NCBI RefSeq assembly: GCF_006345805.1
Contig: NC_043024.1
Span: forward strand, 1,302,001-1,366,000
Direction: 5' to 3'
DNA length: 64,000 nucleotides
Origin: Octopus sinensis
Taxonomy: Eukaryota
Shown one piece after another: positions 10,515 to 22,737 of this stretch; the stretch's first letter is position 1, and each line of letters starts with the position of its first letter. A program made the position numbers and the translations under genes. The notes under the pieces were generated by a model, which was given only the letters and a program-made list of their open reading frames with translations, searched no databases and was not told the origin of the DNA.

Positions 10515-10690
10515 GGCCTTGTCGTGGAGACGGGAGATGCATGTGCCCTAGATCTGAGAGAATGTTGCCATCTAGACCTTTGCTCATGTTAGGGCCACCG
10601 TAAGTGGACCGGTTTCCCCAGGGACTTTCCAGACTAATGCTGACCCGTGGTGCATCAGTTTGCCAAGACAGCAGCCCCATCGTTCAGCTG
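10515..10690 (+). mobile_element. Possible RTE-type LINE 5'UTR-derived fragment
   Basis: ccttgtcgtgg...tagggccacc.taag.ggac.ggt...ccagactaa resembles the RTE/BovB 5' end, from memory. Confidence 0.4.
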
Positions 10691-10919
10691 TTCTGTTGGG
10701 GGCCAACAGCAGCCCACCCAGAAGAAACTGATTGATTTTACACATGATGATGCGTCTCGGAACATTAAACTGGGATTACCCCCCCCCCCATTCCCCCAGC
10801 CCTTTCAAGCAAAAGCATGAGGGAATGAGAGGTGGGGGTATGCATTTATGCATCTTCTTTTTTTCTTTCTTTGTTATATATACATCTCCTTTATTGTCGT
10901 CTCCATTGTCTGCCTCCAG

Positions 10920-11024
10920 ATGATCCCAAACACCGTACACCCTGGGAGCCACAGTCTTGACCCCACTTCTGTAATGCCGACCCTCACAACCCAGATGGGA
11001 CAACTACAACTGTCCAGCACTTCG
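10920..11024 (+). CDS. RBMS: RBMS/shep-like exon
   Basis: gcctccag|ATG ... TCG|gtagga, 105 nt, phase 0-0. MIPNTVHPGSHSLDPTSVMPTLTTQMGQLQLSSTS resembles RBMS MISPLAQQMSHLSLGSTG (recalled). Confidence 0.9.
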
Positions 11025-11039
11025 GTAGGAAAACCATGT

Positions 11040-11485
11040 CTTTTGTCTTTCGTCTTTTCTTTTCGACTTGTTTCAGTCAGTAGACTGCGGCCAGGCTGGG
11101 GCACCACCTTGCAGTATTTTAGTCAAATGAATCAACCTCAGTTCTTATTTATTCATTGTTAAGCCTGGTGCTTATTTTGTTGATCTCTTTTTGCTGAACC
11201 ACTAAGTTACAGGGACATAAACAAACCAACGCCTGGTGCTTATTTTGTTGATCTCTTTTTGCTGAACCACTAAGTTACAGGGACATAAACAAACCAACAC
11301 TGGTTGTCAAGCAATGGTGATGGACAAACACTTACACACACACACACACACACACCCATGTATATATGACAGACTTCTTACAGTTTCCTTCTACCAAATC
11401 CACTCCCAAGGCTGTGGTTGACCCAAGTCTATAGTAGAAGACATTTGCCCAAGCTGTCATTCGGTGGGACTGAACCCGGAACCAG
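11040..11485 (-). mobile_element. SINE family C copy with an internal 68-bp tandem duplication (11163-11298)
   Basis: Reverse-complement match to family C; gcctggtgcttattttg...aaaccaac occurs at 11163 and 11231. Confidence 0.8.
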
Positions 11486-11691
11486 TTTTCCTGAGCATTT
11501 GGTCTTGATAGTCTTTTGTAACTGCTTCAGCAAGTTGGCCTGACACTCTCCATTGATGTTGTGGCCCTTTTGAAGATAGTTAAACATTTCTGAGACATCT
11601 AGAAAATCCCTTGGGCTGTTTATTTCCAGTCAACTAAGTTCTTTGCTGTAATTCCTCAAAGGCCATTATCTTAAACACTTTTGGAAAATCT

Positions 11692-11891
11692 CTCTTTACT
11701 CTTTTACTTGTTTCAGTCATTTGACTGTGGCCATGCTGGAGCACTGCCCTTAGTCGAGCAACTCGACCCCGGGACTTATTCTTTGTAAGCCCAGTACTTA
11801 TTCTATCGGTCTCTTTTGCCGAACCGCTAAGTGACGAGGACATAAACACACCAGCATTGGTTGTCAAGCAATGCTAGGGGGTCAGACACAC

Positions 11892-11945
<54 letters not shown>

Positions 11946-12107
11946 GATGGGCTTCTTTCAGTTTCCATCTACCAAATCTACTCACAAGGCTTTGGTCGGC
12001 CCGGGGCTATAGTAGAAGACACTTGCCCAAGTTGCCACGCAGTGGGACTGAACCCAGAACCATGTGGTTGGTTAGCAAGCTACTTACCACACAGCCACTC
12101 CTGTGCC
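11692..12107 (-). mobile_element. Full-length SINE family C
   Basis: Minus strand: ggcacaggagtggctgtgtggtaag...gggttcagtccc...ttgggcaagtgtcttc...(TA)n(TG)n...cagcatggccacagtcaaatgactgaaacaagtaaaagag tail. Confidence 0.9.
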
Positions 12108-12197
12108 TAGAAAATAATGTCATTTTCCGCTCTGTTTGTTTACCGTGCCATGTTGACTCCTATCGGATCAATTCTGATTATATTTTCTATTTTACAG

Positions 12198-12281
12198 TAC
12201 GTCTCTGGGCCTCATGCAACTTATACTCAAATCCCTTATCAGCCACAAGGTGGCACTGTTGTACAAACAGTCCCCGTTGAG
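12198..12281 (+). CDS. RBMS: RBMS/shep-like exon
   Basis: attttacag|TAC ... GAG|gtacgt, 84 nt, phase 0-0. YVSGPHATYTQIPYQPQGGTVVQTVPVE ends in VPVE, as recalled for RBMS1. Confidence 0.9.
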
Positions 12282-12852
12282 GTACGTGTCACTCTCCACA
12301 AATTTTTTCTCTTTTTCTCTTTTTAATTTGTTCTTTTGAATTTTTCTGAATGTCAAAAGCTGTGGCACTGGGGGACTTGTAGAGTGGCACTGTGGGGCTT
12401 GTAGGGTGGCACCCAAAAGAACACCCAGTTTCAGTGTTCATTGCATCTTTTAGTTTTTGTTCCAGTCGTTTGACTACGGCCATGCTGGGGCACCGCTTTG
12501 AAGAATTTCAGTCGACCCCAGTGCTTATACTTTTAAGCTTGGTTCTTATTCTGTTGGTCTCTTTTGCCGAACTGCTAAGTTATGGGGACATAAACACACC
12601 AACACTGTGAACCCGTGAATGATCCGTCGGAAAACTAAGATCAATAACTTTATTGATCACGAGTGATTGTAATGGTAGAAAAAAAATTTCTTAACTGTTT
12701 GGTTGCATCCTTGCATCCTTTCACCTGCCAAGGTGGACTGTGCCAATGGAACAGCTTCCTCTGAAATTAACATGCAAATGGCTGAGTGCCCCACAGACGT
12801 GTGTTCTTTTAATGTAGTTCTCAGAGAGATTCATAGTGACACACAATGTGAC

Positions 12853-13083
12853 ATGGCTGGTTAACAGCACAGGCCACTAACCCCAAGATTCCAAGTTCAA
12901 TTCCAAGCAGTGCCTTGAATAGATAATAATAATATCAGCAAAAAATACCTTAGGAATGAGAACCCAGGCTTAGGTTCAACATTCCACCAGGACACCTGAT
13001 GAAGGCTGGAGAGTACACCAGCCGAAACATTGTGGTGACAACAAACAAGATGGGGACAAATATCCGTCCAATGTAAATAATGT
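12853..13083 (+). mobile_element. tRNA-headed SINE-like element carrying a minimal hammerhead-ribozyme motif (12993-13034)
   Basis: B box gttcaattcc at 12895-12904 after a tRNA-like arm; cac-CTGATGA-a-ggctgg(agagtaca)ccagcc-GAAAC-att-gtg. Confidence 0.65.
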
Positions 13084-13775
13084 TTCATCTGTCTTTACAT
13101 TGTAAGTTCAAATTCCGCTGATGTCAACTTTGCCTTTCATCCTTTGGGGGAAGGGGTCGATAAAATAAGTACCAGTTGAATACTGGGGTGAGGTGGGGGA
13201 GTCGATTACATCAACTGACCTCCACCCCTGAAATTCATGGCTTATGCCAAAATTTGAAATCACTTCTATTACTATTAATATGACCCTCACTCACAAAATT
13301 TCAGACCTTGTGCCTATAGCAGAAAGAATTAATTCTAAGGCAAGCTGGTGGAACCATTCTAAGGCCAGCAGACAAAATGCCAAGCAGGGCATTTCAATCG
13401 TCTTTGCATTCTGAGTTTAAATTCTGTCAAAGTTGACTTTGTATTTTATCCTTTCAGGGTTAATAAAATTCCAATCAGGTCCTGGAGTTGATGTGACCAA
13501 CTAACCCCTCCTCTCAAATTTCAAGGCTTGTGTCTATAGTAGAAAGGATTATTATTGTTATTATTATTATTATTATTATTATTGTTATTGTTATTATTAT
13601 TGAGTGAGAGAGCAGTTCATGCCATCAAAGTGACACTGGTGTACAAATATATGAAGCCCAATATACCCATCATGACTACCCGTCTGATACGGGTACACCA
13701 AGCACATTGACTTAACTCCTCCCCCAAAATTTCGGGCCTTGTGCCTATAAGCAAAAAGAAAAGATTATTAGTATT

Positions 13776-13829
<54 letters not shown>

Positions 13830-14117
13830 GGGAGTGTTAGTAGAATGTGTTTCAGTTTAGATGCTTTGTAGAAACTTGTTGGATCTGACAGGTTTCTCTC
13901 TAGGAACCTCACTGAGGTCAAATCAACAAACTGTGCCCTATAGAAGCTCCTTAAAAACCAGTCGACTGATGTCATGAAATGAGATGGGATAAATTATTGA
14001 CTCACAACCTCTCTCCCTCTCTCTGTCTCTCTCCCCCTTTTCTTTTCCCACTATAACCTTCTGAATGGATTTGGAAGACAGAAACCTAAAGATGCCTGCC
14101 ATATACCATTTAATGTA

Positions 14118-14340
14118 CGGCGGCGAGCTGGCAGAAACGTTAGCACGCTGGGCGAAATGCTTGGCAGTATTTCGTCTGCCGTTACGTTCTGAGTTCAAAT
14201 TATGCCGAGGCCGACTTTGCCTTTCATCCTTTCAGGGTCGATTAAATAAGTACCTGTTACGCACTGGGGTCGATATAATCGAATTAATCCGTTTGTTTGT
14301 CCTCTCTGTGTTTAGCTCCTTGTGGGTAGTAAAGAAATAG
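14118..14340 (+). mobile_element. Young SINE family A copy with a variant 3' tail
   Basis: CpG-intact head ggcggcgagctggcagaaacgttagcacgctgggcg; tail ...gtgtttagctccttgtgggtagtaaagaaatag differs from the other copies. Confidence 0.85.
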
Positions 14341-15231
14341 GTATAAAGATACAGGTTACTTGCAGTTTCTTGCTCTGGAAATGTGGGTTTAGGCAGGTTT
14401 TTATAACACATCCTGCTTAGCAACATTTTGTCCATCTTTATGTTCTGAGTTCAAATTCCACCAAGGTCGACTTTGCCTTTCCTCCTTTCGGGGTTCATAC
14501 AATAAGTACCAGTTGTGTACTGGGGTCAACATAATCGATTTACCTTCTCCCCAAAATTGCTGGCCTTCTGCCAAAATTTGAAAACCTTATTAAGATGTTT
14601 AATCACACATGCAGGTTGTTCACCAAGAAATGGTAGAATCCTCATCTGTTATTTACTTACCTGTGTGTGTATAGGGGCTGCATGGTTATTCCCGTGCATT
14701 GGCACTGGGGCCATGTAAAAAGCACCCGAATCCTCTCTCTTGAAAGTGTTTGGAGTTAGGGAGCACATCCAGCCGTAGGAACCTTGCCACAACAGACTGT
14801 GCAGCCTGGTGTGTTCGCCTGGCTTGCCAGATCTTATGAAACCATCCATCCATGGCCTCATAGAAGATGGACTTTATATGATGATGATAATGTTGACAGT
14901 GATGATGAAGAAGTGGGGGAGAAATGATCAGGTGAAGCTGCAAAGATATAAACAGTGGTGATGAGATGTTCCAGTGACCCCTCGAGGTATGCGGTGAACA
15001 GGAGTGAAGGGACCCGGTTTTATTAATCTCTCACCTGCCCCCACTTCGCCCCCCCATCCCTGTAAAAAAAAAGTCTCATTTTCCCCTCTTTTTTCTTTAC
15101 ATTGAAATGCATGGTTTCTTTTTTGTTGTTGTTATTTACAATTTATTAGTTTATATTTTTTTTATATTTTGTTGTATTTTTTTTTCGTTTGTTTGTTTGT
15201 TTGGGGCTTTAGTGTTTTTTGTCTGTTTTAG

Positions 15232-15312
15232 GACCATAATGCACCACCGGTTGGAAATGATGAGAGCCAACATCATTTCCAGACATACCAGACAGCGCCC
15301 CCTCCCAAGTAG
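15232..15312 (+). CDS. RBMS: RBMS/shep-like last coding exon (stop TAG 15310-15312)
   Basis: Long T-rich tract then ttttag|GAC, phase 0. Translates DHNAPPVGNDESQHHFQTYQTAPPPK*. Candidate donor CTG|gtaatg at 15325/15326. Confidence 0.85.
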   Translation, partial: DHNAPPVGNDESQHHFQTYQTAPPPK

Positions 15313-17029
15313 GAGCCATTTTCTGGTAATGAGTCTTATTCTTTCTCCTTCGTTCCATTTTCAATTCCGTTCCATTGTTTGCCTGAAAATCGTTTCTTTT
15401 CATTCAAGTGATTGGTTTTGTTTTTTTTTTCCTTTTAATTAATTTTATTCCATTTCAATCAAAATTGACGACTCTGGGCTCGTTTGCTTGGGCAGTTTTT
15501 TTAATCATAATGCATTCATTATTGCTTTCCGTTTTGGTTTTTTTTTTCTTTAGGGGGAAGGTTCCAGCTAGGGCACGCAGCATTGAGTTTATTGCCGTTT
15601 GTAGTCAGGGACCCCTAGTGACACTCCATTCAGATAAGTCTGAACTAAAGAAGGGACAGTGATGGTGTGTATGTGGTTGACCCTCGAGAATTCTTACCCA
15701 CAAACCCCTGACCCTACATACCTTTTTTTTCCTCAGGCATAAATTCATTCCTGACTTTACTTTGATCTGGGAATATATAACTTTGCAAAATTCCAGGAAT
15801 TCCCTTTTAATATTCTAAGGCCAGCCAAAGGTGGGCATCTGGCAGAATGGTTAGCATTGGTGCCATTTTGTCCATCTTCACATTCTGAGTTCAAATGCCG
15901 TTGTGGTTGGCTCTGCTTTTCACCTTTTCGGGGTTGATAAGTACCAGCTGAGGACTTGGGTCAGTGTAATTGACTTCCCCTACCCTTGGAATCCCTGGCC
16001 TTGTACCAAAATTTGAAATTAATATTTTAAGGACAACCCTTGCTGACCTACTTTTAATGAGACCTTAAATAGAACCAAACCTGCTTCAGGGAGAGAATTC
16101 ATTTTTAAAAAAATAAAAAGCATATTTTTACTAACGCCAGGCATGGCTGTGTGGTAAGAAGCTTGCTTCCTAACCACATGGTTTCAGGATCAATCCCACT
16201 GCATGGCACCTTAGGCAGGTGACTTCTACTAAGGCTCAGAGCTGACCAAAGCCTTATGAAAGGATTTGCTAGACACGTTTGTGTGTGTGTGTATCTTTTC
16301 TCTGACAGTTTATGATAGTTTGTTGTAAATGAGTGTCACTGTCTTACAAGGGGTGTCCTAAATTTCCAACCCTCTGCATCTGATCATGAGGGAAATGTTG
16401 CCTAGAAACAGGTGAAGGCTGGTGACAGCAAAGGCATCCAGCCGTAGAAAATCCATCTCAACAAAATTCCCTCCAACTCAAGGCGGGATGGAAAAGGGAA
16501 CGCCAAAGCAATGATGTCAATGATTTAAACAAGTAAATTTCTATTAAATTTTCTTAAAAGACCCCTTTGAGAAATTCCAACTTGAGAAATAGTGGAAATT
16601 GGTAGTAATTAATTCATCAGGGAGTTTAATTAGTCAGAAGTGTAAGCTTACCTTTCATTCGAGAGAAAGTGGGGGTTGTTAGATGAGTGGGGCTGTTATT
16701 TGCCCAGAGCAGGCTCAGGCAATCCTTTTCAAGAGGCCGGTCATATGAGACATGCTTAGCACCAGCCAGGGCCACACTCTTACCAAAATTCAGGGGGAAA
16801 TTTTTTTTTTTTTTTAAATGTTTGTTTTCCATGGGACTTTCAGAAAGTCCCGTGGGCCACTGTATGCCCATGACTGCTTTTGAACCTGTCACTTCTCTTT
16901 CTCTCTCTCTCACAAAAAAATAAGGCTTTGAATGTTAGACTCTACTCACTTGTTAAAACACGGGAACACAGAGGCAAAATAGTAAACTCATAACGATGAT
17001 AATGATGATGATGATGTTTGGCATTTCTT

Positions 17030-17455
17030 GAATATAATATATAATATAATGAAATTATTCTCTACAGTGCTCAGGTGCACCACAACTTGTCAGAAAGTGC
17101 ATATAAAGTACATGCAGTAATGTAGAAATGTCTGGAAAGCGAACAATGTATGAGTCAGATACATGCTTGTGTGTGTATGGAGGGGAGAAAATCAGGCGTA
17201 GTGTTGGCGAATCTCAGGAAGCATGGAAGTCTTGAAGGATGCAGTGCTCCAACAACCGATGCCGGCAGTTTGTTCCATGCTTCAGCAACTCTCAGCGTGA
17301 AAAAATGTTTCCTGAAGTCATGGAAGGAGCTGTGCTGTTTTCTTACTTTGTAAATATGTCCACGGGTGTTAGATGGGTGGAGTTTGAAGAGGTGCTCAGA
17401 GTTATTGTTTGTGCGATGGTTGATAATTTTATGGGTGTCTGCCAAGTCAGCTGTA
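17030..17455 (-). mobile_element. CR1/L2-clade LINE 3' fragment (ORF2 C-terminus plus 3'UTR)
   Basis: ORF 17155..17445: HKII..NTRGHIYKVRK..FRKHFFTLRVAEAWNKLPASVV, the TRGH/FF..RV...WN.LP motif; short-repeat tail. Confidence 0.88.
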
Positions 17456-17504
17456 TTTGACTTTTGTTTTATGTTATTTATCTATTTTATTTTTGCCATT
17501 TCAG

Positions 17505-18887
17505 AGGAAAAAAGGCAATTTGACCCTGATGTAACAACAATTTGACTGACCTCATGCAATGTTGAAGTTTGCTGTGAATATTTCAGGAGACAAAACATGT
17601 GAAATGGAAATACTGATGTATATATGTATATATATATACATGTATGTATATATATATATGTGTATATATATATATATGTTTGTGTGTGTATATGTATGTA
17701 TATATATGTATACATATGCATAATTATGTATATAAAGATTGTAAAAGAAAAAGAGAATTGTCTCTCTATCCTCAAACCCAGAACTTAAATGGAAACGAAC
17801 GATGTTTCAAAGAAAAACTGAAATACTTTTTTTTTGACTTTTATTAATGAAAAAAGAATTTGAAGATGAAGAAGAAAGTAGCAACTCTGATATGGAGATG
17901 TTTTGTTGAAGAATGGGGGGGGGGAATAAATGGAAGAAAAAAAAGAATTTTTTTTTTTTTTTTTTGAAATTTTAAAATGAAAAAAAAATTTTTATTAAAA
18001 AAAAAATGGAAGAAAAAAAAATTTATTAAAAAAAAAAGAACAAAACCAAACAAAAGAAAAAAGAAGGAAGATTGGATCCCTGGTTCTTGATCCAAGACTT
18101 GATCCCATATTGTATGCAGGGAGATTCCCCCACCCCCCTCACAGTAAACTCTTGAAAGGAGAGAAAGGCTGTTGCTGGATGGTGATGATGATGATGATGA
18201 TAAAGAAAAGTAATGATGACAATGATGATGATGATGATGATGATGAGGATTATAACAACAACAACATTGGATGTTTGCATCATCTCGATTCAAAATAATA
18301 GGGGAGAGAAAAATGGTTTTTAGGGGTGGGGGTCGGATAATGTGTTGTTTTTGTTTGTTTTGTTTTTTTTTTTCTAGTTTAAAAAAAAAAACATTTTTTT
18401 GAAAGGGGTTACGAAAAAATGTAAAACCGAAAATTGTTGATGAGATGAGACGGAGGCAAGTTGAGGGTGTGTGTGGATTTTATATGTTATGATGATGATG
18501 ATGATGATAAGGAACATCTCTCTCTCTCTCTCTCTCTCGTCGGGCTGACAGGACACTTTGGCAACAATGTCTGCCGTCTGTAGTTTTATCTTCATCTTCT
18601 CTTGTCATCCATCGTTGGTGGAAAGGAACTGACAGGTGTGTGTGTGTGTGTGTGTGATGGGGCAACGACAACGGTAATTGGTTGACTAACGGTGCCTAAT
18701 TACAATAACGGGAGGAGAATTGAAAGCAGGGGGGGGGTCTTTCTCTTTTTTTTTCCAACCCTTCCTCCCTTCCTTCCTTCTTTCCTCTTGTTCGGACATC
18801 GATAGCAACAACATCACATCATTTGAAAGTAAGAAGAGGAATCGCGGGGGGGTGCCGTGGGGGCAATGTTAAATTTGGACTCTAACA

Positions 18888-18923
<36 letters not shown>

Positions 18924-19419
18924 TCGATTTGTGATGACAACACAACAATTCGAACTTTCTTTTGGAAGTTGAGCATTATTATTATTATTATTATTATTAT
19001 CATTGTCTTTTTCATTTGCTTTCTGTTTTTGTGTGTGTATTTGTGGATATGTACACATACATGTGTGTGTGTGTGTATATATATATGTGTATGTGTGTGT
19101 GAATTGTTTTTATATTTTCATTATTACTATTGTTGTTATTATTATTATTATTATCATTATTGCTATTATTGTGGCGGGTGCTGTGATGTGCGTTCATGAG
19201 AAAGGTTTCAATTCCCAGTTGAAACTACTTCACCTATCTCATGTCATGCCCCACCCCCCTCTGGCACCAGAGGGAAAAGCAAACGTTGCAAAGTCCCTTT
19301 TCTTTTTTTTGACCTTCCTCTCCGACTATAAATTTTCTGTTTTAAAAAACCTGTTGTTATGAATTTTTAAAACTTTGTCTATGTGTGTATATATATGTAC
19401 ATATATGTATGTGTGAGTG

Positions 19420-19469
<50 letters not shown>

Positions 19470-20671
19470 ATATATATATAAATGTGTGTGTGTGTGTTTT
19501 GTCAACACCTTTCCTTGCCCCAAACTCATTAAGTTCAGCCATTATTAATGATCTTGTTAATGTTGTTATAATTATGAAATGATTATTATTTTACACACAC
19601 ACACTTACACACACACACACATATATAAACTCGCACACATGCATCCAAGGCAGTGACTAGGCAGAATCGGTAAAGTACTGAATGGCATGCCTCGAGGTAT
19701 TTTTCTTTGACCTCTTCCACCCTTCAAGTTGAAATCTCGCTGGGTCCAACTCTGCACTTCGTCCTTCAAGGGTTGACAATACAACAGTAGTCAAGTACAG
19801 GGTGGATCTAAGAATATCCTCAGTATATAATTAAGTACATAAGAATATATACAAACGCATATATATATATTACGGAGATGTACTTACATAGCAAGTGACC
19901 TGATCTGAGATCGTGTACTGGAATGAAAGCAATGCAGTGTGGAAGGTGTTTATAAACCATTTAAGAAACCCACAAAAACCGTTAGATTCACTTCAACATT
20001 TAAATTTAAATGTTGAAGTGAATTGAATGGTTTTTGTGTGATTTAAATGGCTTATAAACACCTTCCACGCTGCAATTGTTTTCGTTCCAGCACACTCAGA
20101 TTAGGTCACTTGCTATGCAAGTACATCTCCGTAATATATATATATGTTTGTGTATTTAGTTGTGTTTGACATTATTAGTGATTTTCTAATTGAGGTATAG
20201 ATAGGGTCATGTTTGTTTCCCTAATTCCTCAGTAATTAGTTGAGTTAATTAAAAACAATTAGGTTTGTTTGTTTTCATTTATTTTTTTTTCCCTCCACCC
20301 ATACCCAGAGGGGATGGGGAGAGGAGAATTGAAGAAAAATAGATTTTTTATAGAAGAATTTGAAGTGTGAAGGGTGGAAAGGGACACGGTCTGGGTTCTG
20401 CAATTTATGAAGTCTGCACTGCCCTTTTTTTGAACTTTTTTTTTTATTCCCACAGAAAAGAAAACAAGGTCTTTATATATACATGCACACATACACATAT
20501 ATATGTATATGCATGTATGTACGTATATATAAATATATATATATATATGTACGTATGTGTATATATATATATATATGTATGTACGTATATGTATATATAT
20601 GTATGTGTATATATTTATGTATATATGTGTGTGTGTGTGTGTATGTATGTATGTGTACAATTATGTGTGTG

Positions 20672-20713
<42 letters not shown>

Positions 20714-21560
20714 ATTTTTATTATCATGAACATTTTAAAAAAGTGACAAAAACACATTTTTAAATTTAAAAAAAATTGTTTTTCTTCCGTTCTTGGTAAT
20801 TTCATTATCATTACAATAAGTATGAATTATTTCAATGTCGTTTTTTTTTTTTTTTTTTTTTTTAATGGAAAAACAACAAAAAAAAAAAAAAGCACGCGAA
20901 CTTTTTCAGAAGAAAAAAAAGTATGATTTTTACAACAAAAAAAAAAGTTCTCTTAAGCAAGTTTCTTTTTTCTTTTTTGTGCGTGATATGATAAAGAAAG
21001 ACAGAAAGAACGAAAGAATTATGAACTGCAAAGAATTTTCTAACTGGACACTATTATTATTATTATTATTATTTTCCTGCGTCCACATTCTCCCTCCCAC
21101 CCCTCCAAAGTAAAACCCAGAGCCCCAGGGTGAAAATGGGGGTGGAAATGTTTACAATAATAATAATAATAAATTCTTGTCTCCTTTTTCCTTATTTTAC
21201 AAAAAAAAAAAAAAAACTTTTTAAATTTTAAAACTAAACACTGCCCCCTTCCACCCTTGCCCATCCCTTGCTGTTTTACCCCTACCACCACAACTTTTCA
21301 AGAAAGAAATTTTAGGAAAAAATTTTTTAGAGACATTTGCTGACATTTTTTTTTTTTAATTTGAAATAGGAAAAAAAAATTTTTTTTTTTATTTTTGTTC
21401 TTTTTTCTTCAAAAAACAGGAAGTTTATGAATTTTTGTTTTCTTTTATTTTTTTAAATTGGCTTTTTAATTTTTTTTTACATTATTTTTTGTTACATTTT
21501 TGTTGTATTTTATTGTTTTTTTTTTCTGTGTTTATTTTTTTTTATTTTTTTTTAAATCTT
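17505..21560 (+). other. Putative non-coding terminal (3'UTR) exon of the RBMS-like gene; 3' end unknown
   Basis: Strong acceptor ttttatttttgccatttcag|A at 17504/17505 could pair with the donor 13 nt after the stop. Downstream sequence is A/U-tract rich and SINE-poor, like a UTR. The end coordinate is only where SINE density rises again. Confidence 0.5.
19870..20134. repeat. ~265-bp spacer-less imperfect palindrome inside (TA)n
   Basis: ttacggagatgtactt...acatttaaa|tttaaatgt...aagtacatctccgtaa; centre at 20004/20005. Confidence 0.92.
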
Positions 21561-21743
21561 TTTTCTGAATAATAACTATTTAAAAAAACTAATCATATTT
21601 ATCTTCGTTAATGATGGAGGCTCTCTTCCATCTCTCTTTTCTTTTCGTTTTCTTTTTTTTCTGCATGGTTGTTTTTTTTTTATTGGTGGGGGAGGGGGAG
21701 AGGCATTTAATTGCTCTTTCAACATTAAAATATTATTATTATT

Positions 21744-22702
21744 ATTTCCACCAAAGTGGCAAGCTGGCAGAATCCTTACCACATCAGACTAAATGCTTGG
21801 CAGCATTTCGTCCAGCCCTTTACATTCTGAGTTCAAATCCCGCCAAGGTTAGCTTTACCTTTCATCCTCTCAAGGGGCAATAACAGACGAGCACTGGAAT
21901 CAGTGTAATATCAACTAGCCTCCTCCTTCTCCTCCTCCAACATTTCAGGCCTTGTGCCTATATTAGAAAGGATTATTATTATTATTATTTAAGGTGGCCG
22001 GCTGGCAGAATCGTTAGCACGCTGGACGAAATGCTTAGCAGTGTTTTGCCCATCCCTACGTTCTGAGTTCAAATTCCACCAAGGTTGACTTTGCCTTTCA
22101 TCCTTTCGGGGGTCAATAAATTAAGTACCAATTGAATACTGGGGGTCGACGTAATCGACCCATTTTTCCCCGACCCCAAATCGCTGCCTTTGTAGCAAAA
22201 TTTTAAACCATTATTATTATTATTATTATATTATTATTATTTCCACCAAAGTGGCAAGCTGGCAGAATCCTTACCACATCAGACTAAATGCTTGGCAGCA
22301 TTTCGTCCAGCCCTTTACATTCTGAGTTCAAATCCCGCCAAGGTTAGCTTTACCTTTCATCCTCTCAAGGGGCAATAACAGACGAGCACTGGAATCAGTG
22401 TAATATCAACTAGCCTCCTCCTTCTCCTCCTCCAACATTTCAGGCCTTGTGCCTATATTAGAAAGGATTATTATATTATTATTTAAGGTGGCCGGCTGGC
22501 AGAATCGTTAGCACGCTGGACGAAATGCTTAGCAGTGTTTTGCCCATCCCTACGTTCTGAGTTCAAATTCCACCAAGGTTGACTTTGCCTTTCATCCTTT
22601 CGGGGGTCAATAAATTAAGTACCAATTGAATACTGGGGGTCGACGTAATCGACCCATTTTTCCCCGACCCCAAATCGCTGCCTTTGTAGCAAAATTTTAA
22701 AC

Positions 22703-22733
<31 letters not shown>
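21744..22733 (+). repeat. ~495-bp near-identical tandem duplication of a two-SINE block
   Basis: ttccaccaaagtggcaag at 21746 and 22241. I see differences only in (TTA)n length and one 1-nt indel. Confidence 0.92.

Positions 22734-22737
<4 letters not shown>

Noticed and set aside
15107-15442. ORF-track frame overlapping the last coding exon
   Set aside because: Wrong frame relative to the phase-0 junction; the spliced frame gives DHNAPP...PK*.
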